DNA of 64,000 nt, taken from NCBI GenBank assembly GCA_951406725.2, contig OX597840.1:28582001-28646000 (forward strand), read 5' to 3'. Source of the stretch: Octopus vulgaris (lineage: Eukaryota). How positions within the stretch are numbered: the first letter of the stretch is position 1; each line of letters starts with the position of its first letter. Under the pieces are notes generated by a model, which was not told the origin of the DNA, ran no database searches, and saw only the letters and a list, made by a program, of their open reading frames with translations. Of this stretch, positions 1-13,951 are shown in pieces. The translations under genes and the position numbers were made by a program.

Positions 1-1579
1 GTGTTGTTTGGTTGGGTTGGCTTGTTCTTTGTTGTTTTTCCTGCATTTCCGCATACAGCTTCTTGACTAGCTGTCCATATTGTGGTGTGGGCAATAATCC
101 TGGCTTTTGTGATTTTTCCTGTGGCTGTTGTTGTTGTTGTAATTTTGCGGCAGATTTGCACTCCTTTTTGAGGTGTGCCTCACTGCCACATGTATAGCAT
201 CGTGGCCTTCTGCCCTCGACTACTACGTATAACTTGCGGCCATCCTCAAGATGTACGTGGGTGGGGATTTTATTTATGTCCTCTTGACTTATGTGGAAGA
301 GGAACTCTATTCTCTTTCCCAGCCAGTCCTTGTTTTCCGAAACACCGATATCTAGGATGTTTATGTCCTCCATTTCGGATGTTAATGCGGATGTAATCCA
401 CAGTGTTGTAGTCACTTGGGGGACACCACTGATAATGACTTTCGTCACCTTCTGGCCGAGGTAACTCGGTGTCAACGTTAGTTCATCAGAATGAAGGGTT
501 ATCGTTGAGAATTTCTTCGCCAACTCTTCATTCTGAAAAACCACCTGTACGTGTGCGAACTTGTTCGCCCAAGTCACACAATCCTTGTATCCCCAGATGG
601 GGCGTAAGCACTTTTCGACTTTGTCTGTTCTTGCCTTTTCTGGACTTTTTGTTTTTTTATTTGTGATTTTATATACAATTGTCTTTTTTTTCTCCTCATT
701 CAGTATGTGCTGAGGTATGTGTAAGAGTATTTTTCCGTTTTGATTTGTAATAAGGTTTCTGCAATCTTTAATCTGTTGTGTAGTAAACGAAACTTTTGTT
801 ACCTTTTCTTTTATCGCCTCGGCGAAGTTTGTTGTTGTTTTGTTATTGTTGTTACTGCCGGTGGTGTTGGTGTTGATGGCAGGGGTGTGGGTTGTAGGTT
901 TGTGGTTGCTGATTATGCAACTAGCAAGGGGTGGAAAATTGCCTGCGTAATTTAGTCCTGCATTAGCGCAAATTTCGGCATTTCGTTTGCTTGTCGTCGT
1001 TATTTTTTCACTTGTTGGTGATGGAGTGAGCAGTGGTTGAAGGGAATTGTTGTTGTCGTCGTTGTTGTTGTTGTTGTTGTTGTTATTGTCGTTCTTGGTG
1101 ACGGCGGTGGTGTTGGTAGTATTAGTAGCATTGACGGCACGGTCTTTGGTGGCGGTGATGGTGATGTTGGTGTTGTTATTGGTGGCGATATCTTTAGTAG
1201 GGATAGCAGTTTTAGTAGCAGATTCTGCCATGGTGTTGGTGGTGGTGGTTGACTCACTGATGGTGTTGACGGTGCTTGGCCTTGCGACCTTTGTTTTGTA
1301 TTTGTTGCTGTTGATGGTGGTGGAGTTGTCAGGTTCGGCGTATGCTAACAGAGCATCCTGTTTTTCTGTTTCTGCGTCACGCTTCACTTGCAACTCAGCC
1401 TCGTGGTGGCCAGTGGCGATGGTGAGTGCGGCGTTAGATTTGTTGTTGTTGTTGGTGGTGGTGGTGATGGTGGTGACAGCGGTGTTCACGCTGCGATGTT
1501 TAGTAGCCAGTGGTAGCAATAGTGTTTTGCTACCGTTCTGCATGACTGGCGGGCTAGCCACGTGGTTTCTAGTTGCCAT
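1..1579 (-). CDS. Non-LTR retrotransposon ORF1 (gag-like, L1/Tx1-type), 3'-partial
   Basis: Manual translation from ATG at 1579 is open to the window edge (526 codons, no stop; absent from the ORF track because it has no stop). It has a T/N-rich N-terminus, then ...TPSYLGQKVTKVIISGVP... and VVVEGRRPRCYTCGSEAHLKKEC (C-X2-C-X4-H-X4-C knuckle at ~158-200). Confidence 0.8.
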   Translation of the reverse strand, partial: MATRNHVASPPVMQNGSKTLLLPLATKHRSVNTAVTTITTTTNNNNKSNAALTIATGHHEAELQVKRDAETEKQDALLAYAEPDNSTTINSNKYKTKVARPSTVNTISESTTTTNTMAESATKTAIPTKDIATNNNTNITITATKDRAVNATNTTNTTAVTKNDNNNNNNNNNDDNNNSLQPLLTPSPTSEKITTTSKRNAEICANAGLNYAGNFPPLASCIISNHKPTTHTPAINTNTTGSNNNNKTTTNFAEAIKEKVTKVSFTTQQIKDCRNLITNQNGKILLHIPQHILNEEKKKTIVYKITNKKTKSPEKARTDKVEKCLRPIWGYKDCVTWANKFAHVQVVFQNEELAKKFSTITLHSDELTLTPSYLGQKVTKVIISGVPQVTTTLWITSALTSEMEDINILDIGVSENKDWLGKRIEFLFHISQEDINKIPTHVHLEDGRKLYVVVEGRRPRCYTCGSEAHLKKECKSAAKLQQQQQPQEKSQKPGLLPTPQYGQLVKKLYAEMQEKQQRTSQPNQTT

Positions 1580-1800
1580 TTTCAAAATGAAAAATGGCTA
1601 AAAAACCCACGAAAGTTTTGAAAGTTTTTTTGTAATTTCGCCCATACAGGGGCGGAATTCTACGTGAATAATTCTCAGGTTTTTTAGTGAATGAACTTGC
1701 ACAACGATTAAAACAAAATATTTGACAACAAGGAGTTTTAAACATGTAAAAGTGGCCAACTTACGTGGAGCCGATATGACTATCGTCCGTCCATTGTGTA
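1..1800 (-). mobile_element. 5' end of an L1/Tx1-like LINE (5'UTR ~1580-1800 plus ORF1)
   Basis: Unique sequence upstream of ORF1 ends abruptly at a (GATA)n array at ~1801. Confidence 0.65.
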
Positions 1801-1802
1801 GT

Positions 1803-2142
<340 letters not shown>

Positions 2143-2350
2143 ATTTGTCCATCCGCCATCGCTTGACAACGCTTGACGCGTTGGTGTGTTTATGTTCCCG
2201 TAACTTGGCGGTTCGGCATAAGAGACCGATAGAATAAGTACTAGGCTTACAAAACATAAGTCTCGGGCGTTGACTTCTTCGACTAAAACCCCTTTAAGGC
2301 GATGCTCCAGCATGTCCGCAGTCAAATGGCTGAAACAAGTAAAAGAGAAA
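2143..2350 (+). mobile_element. SINE family A, 3' half
   Basis: Matches the 3' half of copies at 8990-9408 and 54463-54908 (catcgcttgacaac...gctccagcatg...gaaacaagtaaaagag). Confidence 0.85.
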
Positions 2351-2470
2351 AAGAGAATGTAACCCCGACCCCGCCAACACTTTATGTCTGTCTTTACATT
2401 GTCCCACCCACCCACCCACCCACCTCGTCTCTCTCTCACACCCTTGTGGCAAATAAGAGAACTTATTGTT

Positions 2471-2523
<53 letters not shown>

Positions 2524-2739
2524 AATTTGCCAAACAAGTGAACATTTATGTTTTTTACGTTGAAAAGAATTTCTTACGTTTTGGAAAATACTTTTGGAAA
2601 TCCTTTTGCACTCAAAGAATACACAGAGTCTCGACGACGTTTCGGAAAATGCTCCAATCCTACGCCATCTCCGTCGTAAATCATCCCAACATTCTTTTTC
2701 CGCTTCCGGTCATATCGTTCTGACACATATTTCTCACAG

Positions 2740-3505
2740 TTTCTCTCTTCCTCTTTCACTCTCTCTCTCTCTCTCTCGCTCTCTTTTGCTCTTTCTCTCC
2801 ATCTCTTTCTCACACCCACACACTCTCTCACACAATTCTTTCTCTCCCTATCTCTCCTTTTCTCTCTCTTCTCTTCTCTTTGTCTCTTTTTCTCTCTCCC
2901 ACTCTCTCTCACACACACACACTCTTTCTCTCTCTATCTCTCCCTCCCTTTCGCTTTTTCTATCTCCCTCTCTCTCCCTCCCTATCTCTCTTCCTATCTC
3001 CCTCTCCTCTCCTTTCCCCTTTCTATCTCTCTATCTCTCTCGGTCCCTTTTACTCTTTCTCTCTATCTCTTTCTCACACCCACACACTCTCTCACACAAC
3101 TCTTTCTCTCCCTATCTCTCCTCTCTCTTCTCTTTGTCTCTTTTTCTCTCTCCCACCCCCTCTCTCTCTCTCACACACACACTCTTTCTCTCTCTCTATC
3201 TCTCTCCCTCCCTTTCCCTCTTTCTATCTCCCTCTCCTCTCTCTCTCCCTCTTTCTATCTCTCTGTCTCTCTCGGTCCTTTTTGCTCTTTCTCTCTATTT
3301 CATATCCACACACTCTCTCACACAACTCTTTCTCTTTGTCTCTTTTTCTCTCTCTCTCCCTTTCTATCTTTCTTTCTCTCTCCCTCCCTTCCTGGCTGTG
3401 TCCTAAACATAATGTTTCTCTCTCCCTCCCTTCCTGGCTGTGTCCTAAACATAATGTTTCTCTCTCCCTCCCTTCCTGGCTGTGTCCTAAACATAATGTT
3501 TCTCT
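2740..3505. repeat. CT-rich low-complexity tract ending in 3 x 42-bp tandem repeat
   Basis: cctggctgtgtcctaaacataatgtttctctc recurs at 3391, 3433 and 3475. Confidence 0.9.
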
Positions 3506-3961
3506 CTCTTTTATAGAATAGTTCCAACCATATTCCACCAAGACAATCTCATCCAATTTCTAACTGATGACTCATTTACCATCTCCCCCCACCTTTCATT
3601 TATTCTCTCAGAGGTCACATGGCCTCGACACACGATTCAGAATATTCTTCGTAATGTTCCAAGTTCAAACGTTAGGAACTTAGCGTCAGATGTGAACGGT
3701 TCCGTGCCAAGATCGATATTCATAAATTAATATTCATGTTAAATAAGAATATATAATTTTTTTACAGTGTAGAAAAATATTACAGACCGCGGGTCACTTA
3801 CAGTACTTGAGGGCAACGGTTACCCGTAGTGGCTCGCTTTTGAGTTTTGGCAAGGTATTTAAAACGCAGAGCAAAAATAGGCAATTTAGAAATTTATATG
3901 CAAGGCCAACTTGGAAAACCTCACATGCAAATAATTAATGTTTATATTTATATTTAATGTT

Positions 3962-4023
<62 letters not shown>

Positions 4024-4024
<1 letters not shown>

Positions 4025-4440
4025 GCACGGAATTTTGTCAGTGAACAGGTCGCGGTTTCAAAGCGACGAAAATATTTTAGCAAATTAAATTTAAATGTTG
4101 AAGTGAATCTAACGGATTTTCTGTGTTTTTAAATGGCGGTAAAATATTTCTTTGCCTTCACCCGTTTAATACAATAAATAAGTTAATTGCATTGCAAATA
4201 AAAACATTTGTGTATTAAGAATTTGGGTATTATACCAACAGTATATTGGATAAATATTATCCCTTAGTGGGTTGGATCCATAACCCCTAACTTACTTTGT
4301 CACGGAATTTTGTCAGTGAAGAGGTCGCGGTCTCAAAGCGACGAAAATATTTTGGCAAATTAAATATATATGTTGAAGTGAATCTAACGGATTTTCTATG
4401 TTTTTAAATGGCTTATAAACACCTTCCACGCTGCAATTGT
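4024..4440 (+). repeat. Dispersed repeat with local duplication
   Basis: cacggaattttgtcagtgaa...aaatggc at ~4025 and ~4301; a related inverted segment lies at ~26610-26690. Confidence 0.7.
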
Positions 4441-4578
4441 TAAAACATAATTCGTATATGCTAGATATATATGAAAATAAAGACTAAACAATTCAGCAAC
4501 GATTGGACAGTAAGTTGCATCAAATCAATTACATAACATAGAGATACAATTTGCCAAAAATCTTCTGTAACAGAAACT

Positions 4579-4660
<82 letters not shown>

Positions 4661-5039
4661 GGAGAGAGAGTGTGTGTGTGAGTGTGTTTGTATTTATGCT
4701 ATGATAAAAACAGTTTTACATTAAACTGACGGATTACTCAATACATAAGGTAGAGTGCAAATTGATTATTCTTTAATAATTCATTAATAAGATTAGTATC
4801 GAGAGTGACTTCGAAGTTCGGCTTTATATACTATCAGTTAAGTTAAAATATTCCGTACCACAGTCCGGTTTTGGCTTAGCTGACCACAACTTCGAAGTCC
4901 CTTTCAATATTATTCTTGCTAAAGAATGATATATATATATATGAAACAAAAGAGGTGTAGTGTTTCCACGCAGGAGTGTTGGCCCTGATGTAGGTTACCT
5001 GAGATGTTTGTTTAGCCTTAATGTTTGCTGCCCTCTTTA

Positions 5040-5084
<45 letters not shown>

Positions 5085-5194
5085 CTTGCTCGTTTAGCCA
5101 GCGGGGTGGCGTCATTTGAAGGCTAAATCAATGCGAAGCGCATTGTGACCAGCGATGTGTAGCAACATCTGATAGCCTGGTCGGTCACGTTGAT

Positions 5195-5227
<33 letters not shown>

Positions 5228-5865
5228 GGCGCAGGCGTAGCTGTGTGGTAAGAAGTTTCCTTCCCAAACTTTTGGTTCCGGGTTCAGTTTGTCTTCCAGC
5301 ACTGCTTGGCAACCGGTGTTGGCTTGTTCACGTCCCCGTAACTTAGCAGTGCGACAAGGAGATCGACATAATAAGTACGAGGTTTTAAAAAAAGCACTGG
5401 AGTCGATTTGCTCGACTAAAATATTTTCAAGGCATTGCCCCAGCATGGCCAAGCCTAATGGACGGAGCAAGTAAAAATGTGTGTGCGCGCACGTGTGCGT
5501 ATTTATGTATGGATGTCCAATTTGGAAAAGCATACAATCAGACATTCAACGTTTAAATTTATACGGAAATGCATCCATTGAAATATATTATGGAAGCCCA
5601 ACATAGATACAAATATTCAGTTTTAGCAGATGCTTTTATAGAATGCACCAACAACATTTACAGGGTGTAGCCCCGCTTATTTCAGGAACGTTGCCCTAAT
5701 GTGATTCTTTACAGGTAATTCGTCAGTGCCACGACAGAGTTAGCTGTTTACCATTCCGATGTCTTCGAGAACAAATGTCACGAAAGACGCATACCTAAAC
5801 TGACAGCGCGTCTTTAATATCACAGTTACTAACATTTGCAACTTCGGGTATATTTCTAGCTCCTG

Positions 5866-8400
5866 GAACATTCTTAGATATTTCTTCATACGTATTTAGT
5901 TAATGTTTTCGCAGAAGCGGTTAGATGTCATTCCATGTAAACTAATTATGACATAATAGACGCATTCCGTAAATGACATATTGTCTAGAATTTGGAGCTA
6001 ACAATATTTATGAATTATTATATCGTTGCTTTTTTCTGGAACATTCTTATATGCATATGTACTCAGCTAATATCTTTACAGAAATGTTATAATTCCCTAA
6101 ATGTCTCGAATTTGGAGCTAACAATATTTATGAATTATAATATCGTTGCTTTTTTCTGGAACATTCTTATATGCATATGTACTCAGCTAATATCTTTACA
6201 GAAATGTTATAATTCCCTAAATGTCTAGAATTTGGAGCTAACAATATTTATGAATTGTAATATCGTTGCTTTTTTCTGGAACATTCTTATATGCATATGT
6301 ACTCAGCTAATATCTTTACAGAAATGTTATAATTCCCTAAATGTCTCGAATTTGGAGCTAACAATATTTATGAATTATAATATCGTTGCTTTTTTCTGGA
6401 ACATTCTTATATGTATATGTACTCAGCTAATATCTTTACAGAAATGGTTAGGTACCATTCCTTTGACACCAATTCTAAATGTTATAATTCCCTAAATGTC
6501 TCGAATTTGGAGCTAACAATATTTATGAATTATAATATCGTTGCTTTTTTCTGGAACATTCTTATATGTATATGTACTCAGCTAATATCTTTACAGAAAT
6601 GTTATAATTCCCTAAATGTTTCGAATTTGGAGCTAACAATATTTATGAATTATAATATCGTTGCTTTTTTCTGGAACATTCTTATATGCATATGTACTCA
6701 GCTAATATCTTTACAGAAATGTTATAATTCCCTAAATGTCTCGAATTTGGAGCTAACAATATTTATGAATTATAATATCGTTGCTTTTTCTGGAACATTC
6801 TTATATGCATATGTACTCAGCTAATATCTTTACAGAAATGTTATAATTCCCTAAATGTTTCGAATTTGGAGCTAACAATATTTATGAATTATAATATCGT
6901 TGCTTTTTTCTGGAACATTCTTATATGCATATGTACTCAGCTAATATCTTTACAGAAATGTTATAATTCCCTAAATGTCTCGAATTTGGAGCTAACAATA
7001 TTTATGAATTATTATATCGTTGCTTTTTTCTGGAACATTCTTATATGCATATGTACTCAGCTAATATCTTTACAGAAATGTTATAATTCCCTAAATGTTT
7101 CGAATTTGGAGCTAACAATATTTATGAATTATAATATCGTTGCTTTTTTCTGGAACATTCTTATATGCATATGTACTCAGCTAATATCTTTACAGAAATG
7201 TTATAATTCCCTAAATGTCTCGAATTTGGAGCTAACAATATTTATGAATTATTATATCGTTGCTTTTTTCTGGAACATTCTTATATGCATATGTACTCAG
7301 CTAATATCTTTACAGAAATGTTATAATTCCCTAAATGTCTCGAATTTGGAGCTAACAATATTTATGAATTATTATATCGTTGCTTTTTTCTGGAACATTC
7401 TTATATGCATATGTACTCAGCTAATATCTTTACAGAAATGTTATAATTCCCTAAATGTCTCGAATTTGGAGTTAACAATATTTATGAATTATTATATCGT
7501 TGCTTTTTTCTGGAACATTCTTATATGCATATGTACTCAGCTAATATCTTTACAGAAATGTTATAATTCCCTAAATGTCTCGAATTTGGAGCTAACAATA
7601 TTTATGAATTATAATATCGTTGCTTTTTTCTGGAACATTCTTATATGCATATGTACTCAGCTAATATCTTTACAGAAATGTTATAATTCCCTAAATGTTT
7701 CGAATTTGGAGCTAACAATATTTTCTTGGACATTCTTACATTTATATGCATATGTACTCAGTCAATATCTTTACAGAAGCGGTTAGGTACCATTCCTTTG
7801 ACACCAATTCTAAATGTTATAATTCTCTAAATGTCTCGAATTTGGAGCTAACAATATCGTTGCTTATTTTCTTGGACATTCTTACATTTATATGCATATG
7901 TACTCAGCCAATATCTGTTTCTTTACTACCCACAAGGGGCTAAACATAGAGGGGACAAACAAGGATAGACAAAGGTATTAAGTCGATTACATCGACCCCA
8001 ATGCGTAACTGGTACTAAATTTATCGACCCCGAAAGGATGAAAGGCAAAGTCGACCTCGGCGGAATTTGAACTCAGAATGTAGCGACAGAATAATACATC
8101 TACGCATTTCGCCTGGGGTGCTAACGGTTCTGCCAGCTCGCCGCCTTTAATACTCAGCTAATATCTTTACAGATATGGTTAGGTACCATTCCTTTGACAC
8201 CAATTCTAAATATCATAATTCCCTAAATGTCTCGAATTTGGAGCTAACAATATTTATGAATTGTAATATCGTTACTTTTTTCTAGAACATTCTTACATTT
8301 ATATGTACTCAGCTAATATCTTTACAGAAACGGTTAGGTACCATTCCATTGATACCAATTATTAATGTTATAATTTCTTCAGGAGTTAGACAATATTTAT
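5866..8400. repeat. 120-bp tandem satellite (~17 units; longer ~155-bp variants)
   Basis: ttggagctaacaat at 5992, 6112, 6232, 6352, 6507, 6627, 6747, 6866, 6986...7706, 7842, 8238. Confidence 0.97.
7917..8150 (-). mobile_element. SINE family C inserted in the satellite
   Basis: Reverse complement of ggcgg(c/t)gagctggcagaa...gagttcaaattccgccgaggtcgactttgcctttcatcctttcggggtcgataa. Flanked by tactcagc(c/t)aatatct at 7901-7916 and 8151-8166 (TSD-like). Confidence 0.88.
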
Positions 8401-8989
8401 AGATTATAATATTAAGGTCGACTTTGCCGTTCATGCTTTGGGGGTTTCTAACATAAGAACAGTAGAAAGCCGGGGTTGATGTAATCGACTAACACCGTCT
8501 TCCCCAAATCATGCCTTCTGCCTTTCATCCTTCTAGGGTTATAAAATAAGTACCAGTTGAATATTGGGGTTGATGTAATCGACGTGCCCCTCTCCCAAGA
8601 TGTCTGGCCCTGTGTCAAAAACTGAAGCCAAAATTGTTATTTCCTCTTTTTATATATTTAATCTAAGGTGTACCTGTTTAAAAAGATTTCACCTCGCTAG
8701 TAAAAGTTATTTACTTGCTAAACTAAAATCAGAAACCAATTGGTCCAGGAAACTAGATAGTAAAATGTTTTTATTTTTTTATTTCGTTCCTGTCGAATTT
8801 TATCCCTAATTTTGTGGTTATAGAACCTAGCTGTTCTTTCTAGCATGTTGAATCCCACGAGTGGATTCCTTCTGTGTTTAAATGCACACTGTATTTTATG
8901 ACTAATACATAGTCTTTTGACTAAAGTTTTACATGCTAGGCCACTGGAAATGAAAATTTTAATTAATTTCCATTTCCCTTTGATATGAA

Positions 8990-9406
8990 GCGCAGGAGTG
9001 GCTGTGTGGTAAGTAGCCTGCTTACCAACCACATGGTTCCGGGTTCAGTCCCACTGCGTGGCACTTTGGGCAAGTGTCTTCTACTATAGCCTCGGGCCGA
9101 CCAAAGCCTTGTGAGTGGATTTGGTCGACGGAAACTGAAAGAAGCCTGTCGTGTATATATATATACATATATGTATATATATATGTGTGTGTGTTTGTGT
9201 GTCTGTGTTTGTCCTCCCAACATCGCTTGACAGCCGATGCTGGTGTGTTCATGTCCCCGTAACTTGGTGTTTCGGCAAGGGAGACCGACGGAATAAGTGC
9301 TGGGCTTGCAAAGAATAGGTCCTGTGGGTGATTTGCTCGACTAAAGGCGGTTCTCTAGCATGGCCGTAGTCACATGACTGAAACAAGTAAAAGAGTAAAG
9401 ACTAAA

Positions 9407-9408
<2 letters not shown>
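8990..9408 (+). mobile_element. SINE family A (tRNA-derived head, internal TA/TG microsatellite), full length
   Basis: A-box-like tggctgtgtgg, B-box-like gggttcagtcc, tail (taaaagag)n. There are >15 copies or fragments in the window. Confidence 0.9.
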
Positions 9409-9440
<32 letters not shown>

Positions 9441-9454
9441 TATCTTTTTATTCA

Positions 9455-9679
9455 TTTTTTTACTTGTTTCAGTCATTTGGCTGCGGTCATGCTGGAGTAG
9501 CGCCATTTAGTCGAATAAATTGAACCCAGGAATTATTCTTTGTAAGCATAGTACTTATTCTATCGATATATTTTTGCCGAACTGCTAATTTATATGGACG
9601 TAAGCACACCAACATCGGTTGTCAAGGGATCGTGGGGAGACAAACACAGACACACAAACACACACACATATACATATAC

Positions 9680-9736
<57 letters not shown>

Positions 9737-9898
9737 GACGGGCTTCTTTCAGTTTCCGCCTACCAAATCCACTCACAAGGCTTTGGTCGGCCCGAGGCTA
9801 TAGCAGAAGACACTTGCCCAAGGTGCCACGCAGTGGGATTGAACCGAAGACCTTGTGGTTGGGAAGCAAGCTGTTTACAACAGAGTCACGCCTGCGCC
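9455..9898 (-). mobile_element. SINE family A, full length
   Basis: Reverse complement of the 8990-9408 type; tail-to-tail with it across (TA)n. Confidence 0.88.
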
Positions 9899-9925
9899 TA
9901 TATACATATGTGTGTGTGGGTGTGA

Positions 9926-9961
<36 letters not shown>

Positions 9962-9992
9962 ATGTATGTATGTATGTATGTATATATATATG

Positions 9993-10024
<32 letters not shown>

Positions 10025-10108
10025 AATGTATGTATGTATGTATGTATATGTATGTATGTATGTATGTATGTATATATGTATGAATGTATGTATGTATGTA
10101 TATGAATG

Positions 10109-10252
10109 TATGAAGGGGTTGCTGCAAAGTTCCTGGTTTGGGGTAAAAGAAAAGACAGGAAGATTAATTAATTATGATTTTATTCCACATATTCCCCTCC
10201 CAGATTCACACATTTATTGCAGCAGTTCTTCACTTTTTCTAAGCCCTGTAAA
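10109..10252 (-). mobile_element. Mariner transposon 3' remnant
   Basis: TIR-like TA-tgaaggggttgctgcaaagttcc. The minus strand encodes LQGLEKVKNCCNKCVNLGGEYVE*, matching the mariner C-terminal motif (KL..RW.KC....G.Y.E). Confidence 0.7.
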
Positions 10253-10619
10253 AGGGCTTCTTTCAGTTTCCGTCAACCAATTCCATTCAAAAGGCTTTGG
10301 TTGGCCCGAGGCTTTAATAGAAGACACTTGGCCAAGGTTCCACGCAGTGGAACTGAACCCTGAACCATGTGGTCGGAAAGCAAGCTTCTTACCACACAGC
10401 CACCACGCCTGAGCAGGCGTTCATATTTTACCGCTGTTTGTCTTCGGTCTCTACGTCAACGGTTCGTAATCCAATACAGTATCTGTAGAGAATGTTTCCT
10501 CCTTCAGATATAATTAATGTACTCATCATCGTGTGAGTGCATGTTGCTTCATTCTCTTAACAAATACCCCGGGGGGTGAGGGTAGTTGGAATGGTTGTAA
10601 AGTTAGTGGCCAACAAACA

Positions 10620-10725
10620 ATGATAACTGCCTTCAGTTTAGCGAGTTCTCTGACATTCAGTAATTCGCAACCACCCTCTTCTATTGGAATGTACAGTCGT
10701 TGCAAATCAGATTTTCACAAGATTC
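10620..10725 (-). pseudogene. Degraded non-LTR RT fragment (R4/Dong-like region)
   Basis: Minus strand reads KSDLQRLYIPIEEGGCELLNV, resembling the 'KSDVDRLYLPRKEGGRGL' motif; in-frame stop just upstream. Confidence 0.5.
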
Positions 10726-11069
10726 CTACCATTGCAACCTCTAGTGCCTCCATTTGCTATTTCTTTACTTATTTATTTATCTATTTATCTATTTATTTAC
10801 TTACTTTTTTTTATTTATGTATGTTATGCATTAGTGAACTTTAACGCCGTTAGATGTAGGTCACCACCGCCAACAAATGATTCATTGGTACGCTGAAGTA
10901 CAAGACCGGGCTTATGTTTTAGTCCAGTATTTTAAAACTACAGTTTATGATGTTGTTACTGTTGTTGTTGTTGTTGGTACTGCTGTTGTTAATTTGAGGC
11001 GGCAAATTATAGAACCATTAGAACGTTGGACTGAATATCTAGCAACGTTTCTTCTTTTTTTGTATGTTC

Positions 11070-11653
11070 CTTCTCGAGCCCCGCCTGGCTCATATGAGCC
11101 GGTTTCCCGGTTTCCTTGGCGTATAGGTTCCCCACCTGGACGGGATGCCGGTCCGTCGCAGGTGAGCTGCAAGATGCAGGAGGAAAGAGTGAGAGAAAGT
11201 TGTGGCGAAGGAGTCAGCAGAAGTTCTCCATTACCTTCTGCCAGAGCAGCGTGGAGCTTAGGTGTTTCGCTCATGAGCACACACATTGCCCGGTCTGAGA
11301 TTCGAACCCACGATCCCTCGACCGTAAGTCTAGGCCATGTGCCTCCACTATATATATATTTATTTCGAGCCTGCCTGGCTCATAAGGGCCGGTTTCCTGG
11401 TTTCCTTGGCGTATAGGTTCCCCACCTGGACGGAACGCCGGTCCATCACAGGTGAGCTGCAAGATGCAGGAGGAAAGAGTGAGAGAAAGTTGTGGCGAAA
11501 GAGTCAGCAGAAGTTTCGCCATTACCTTCTGCCGGAGCTGCGTGGAGCTTAGGTGTTTCGCTCATGAGCACACACATCGACCGGTCTGAGATTTGAACCC
11601 GCGATCCCTCGACTGCGAGTCCGTTGCTCTAACCACTTGGCCATGTGCCTCCA
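11070..11653 (-). mobile_element. Two tandem SINE family B copies (tail type 1)
   Basis: Head ggaggcacatggcc.agtggttagagcaacggactcgc...gggttcaaatc; two near-identical ~285-bp units. Confidence 0.88.
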
Positions 11654-11888
11654 CGTTTCTTCTTTGGCGCCCTGAATTCAAATGACGCCAAAGTCAGCCT
11701 GATAGAAATGTCATGAGGTAAAGTGTAAAGGGGGGAAACAGATAAGGTGTATCGTGGAAAGAAAAGCCAACGGAAAAGACCACGGTAACTTCGGTCAATA
11801 ATGTCACATGTTAACACATTTATTTGCAAGTAAGTGACTCACTCATTTAAATTTTTCAGAGAGTTACTTACTTGCAAATAAATGTGTT

Positions 11889-12044
<156 letters not shown>

Positions 12045-12370
12045 CCTTGATGTGTATTGCTTTCTATGACGCAGACATATAGTAACAGGTTATTGACACT
12101 GAAGATGGCCATAAGCGTGACCGAAAGATTAGTCTACTTATAAGCTTCTCTTCAAATGGAAAACCTAATAGATCGTATCCACTGCTCCTAATGACGGCCA
12201 TTGTTACCAACTAGAAACGGTTGAATATATAAACATGTTGGTGGAGTTTCCACATGTATTTAAAACAAACGTAACAACATGGTGTACCCTGTGTATGTAT
12301 GTGTGAGCCTGTGTGTGAGTGTGTGTTTATATGCATTTGAATAAATACATATGTATACATATACATATAT

Positions 12371-12409
<39 letters not shown>

Positions 12410-12438
12410 AAGAGAGAGAGAACTTATGTGTGTATATT

Positions 12439-12498
<60 letters not shown>

Positions 12499-12595
12499 TA
12501 TATGTATATATACAAACCTACATACATACATACATACAGGAATATACGTGCATATGTTTATCTATGTCCGTGTGCATATATATGTATATATATAG

Positions 12596-12629
<34 letters not shown>

Positions 12630-12698
12630 TGTATGTGTGTGTGTGTGCGTAAATATACATACGTTGGGACACAATATATCTACGCATATATATCCATA

Positions 12699-12738
<40 letters not shown>

Positions 12739-12782
12739 CATATGTACAAATATATATATATATATGTGTGTGTGTGTGCATA

Positions 12783-12844
<62 letters not shown>

Positions 12845-13224
12845 CATACATACATACATACATACATACATACATACATACATACATACATGCATACATA
12901 CGTATATACATATATATGAGCATATGTACATATATATATCTGAATAATTGAATGCTTACTGCAATGCGAAAGCTGTCTGTCAAAATTCTTTGTTTCTTGT
13001 TAATAACGTTAATGTTGTTGCCCCATTATTGCATATAACTGCTGATGTTGCTGCTGCTGCTGCTGCTGTTGTTGTTGTTGCTGTTGCTGTTGTTGGTGGT
13101 GGTGGTGGTTGAGGTGGTGGCGTAGGTGGTGCCGGTGGTGGCTTGATCAAGCGAGTGCGTCAAGCAAACACTGGCTTGATGCCAAAGCGTTTGAAATTAA
13201 AGCTTTTGCAGGAAGGGAAACGTT

Positions 13225-13275
13225 TGAACGGCGCCCGGCGTTACGTCATCCGCCATCTTGGTGTGTTTGGTAACA
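13225..13275. promoter_or_regulatory. Candidate promoter motif cluster
   Basis: CpG-rich patch with CRE-like TTACGTCA (13241-13248), YY1-like CCGCCATCTT (13250-13259) and a half X-box GGTAAC. Confidence 0.3.
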
Positions 13276-13488
13276 TGCAGAGAAAGAGAGAGAGACAGAC
13301 AGAGAGAAAGAGAGAGAGAGTGTGTGTGATGGAAAGAGAGAGAGAGAGAGAGAGAGAGAAATAGAATGAGAAAGTGAGAGAGAGAATATGAGAGAAGAGA
13401 CGAAGCCGGAAGCAAAGAAAGAGAGAGATAGACGGTTAGATAGACGAATAGAGACAGAGGAAGATAATAACCACCTTGAAAGACTCTC

Positions 13489-13591
<103 letters not shown>

Positions 13592-13685
13592 ATCTATCCA
13601 TCTATCTATTTATATTTCTATCTATCTGTCTCTCTCTCTCTCTGTCACTCTCTCTCTCTCTCTATCTCTATCTCTATCTATCTAA

Positions 13686-13731
<46 letters not shown>

Positions 13732-13916
13732 GTCTGTCTCTCTCTCTCTCTGTCTCTCTCTCCCTCCCTCTCTCTCTATCATTCTATTGTCGGAGTAATT
13801 GGTAACGTGTGGACACAGAGAAAAGAAGATAGAGAGAGAGAGAGACTGAGATAGAGAGGGGAACGATCAGATCGATAGACAGAGAGACAAAGAGACGAAC
13901 TAAGCACTTCCAATCA

Positions 13917-13951
<35 letters not shown>

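Noticed and set aside
1047-1601. 184-aa hydrophobic 'membrane protein' ORF on +
   Set aside because: Antisense shadow of the T/N-rich LINE ORF1 on the minus strand.
4791-4915. Small imperfect inverted repeat (gacttcgaagtt...aacttcgaagtc), possible MITE
   Set aside because: Single copy in the window, the core is itself palindromic and there is no clear TSD.
6866-7786. 306-aa repetitive ORF, and possible CRISPR-like array, in the 120-bp repeat
   Set aside because: Units are contiguous with no unique spacers. The ORF results from a unit length divisible by 3 and is broken by a 1-bp deletion and a stop in neighbouring units.
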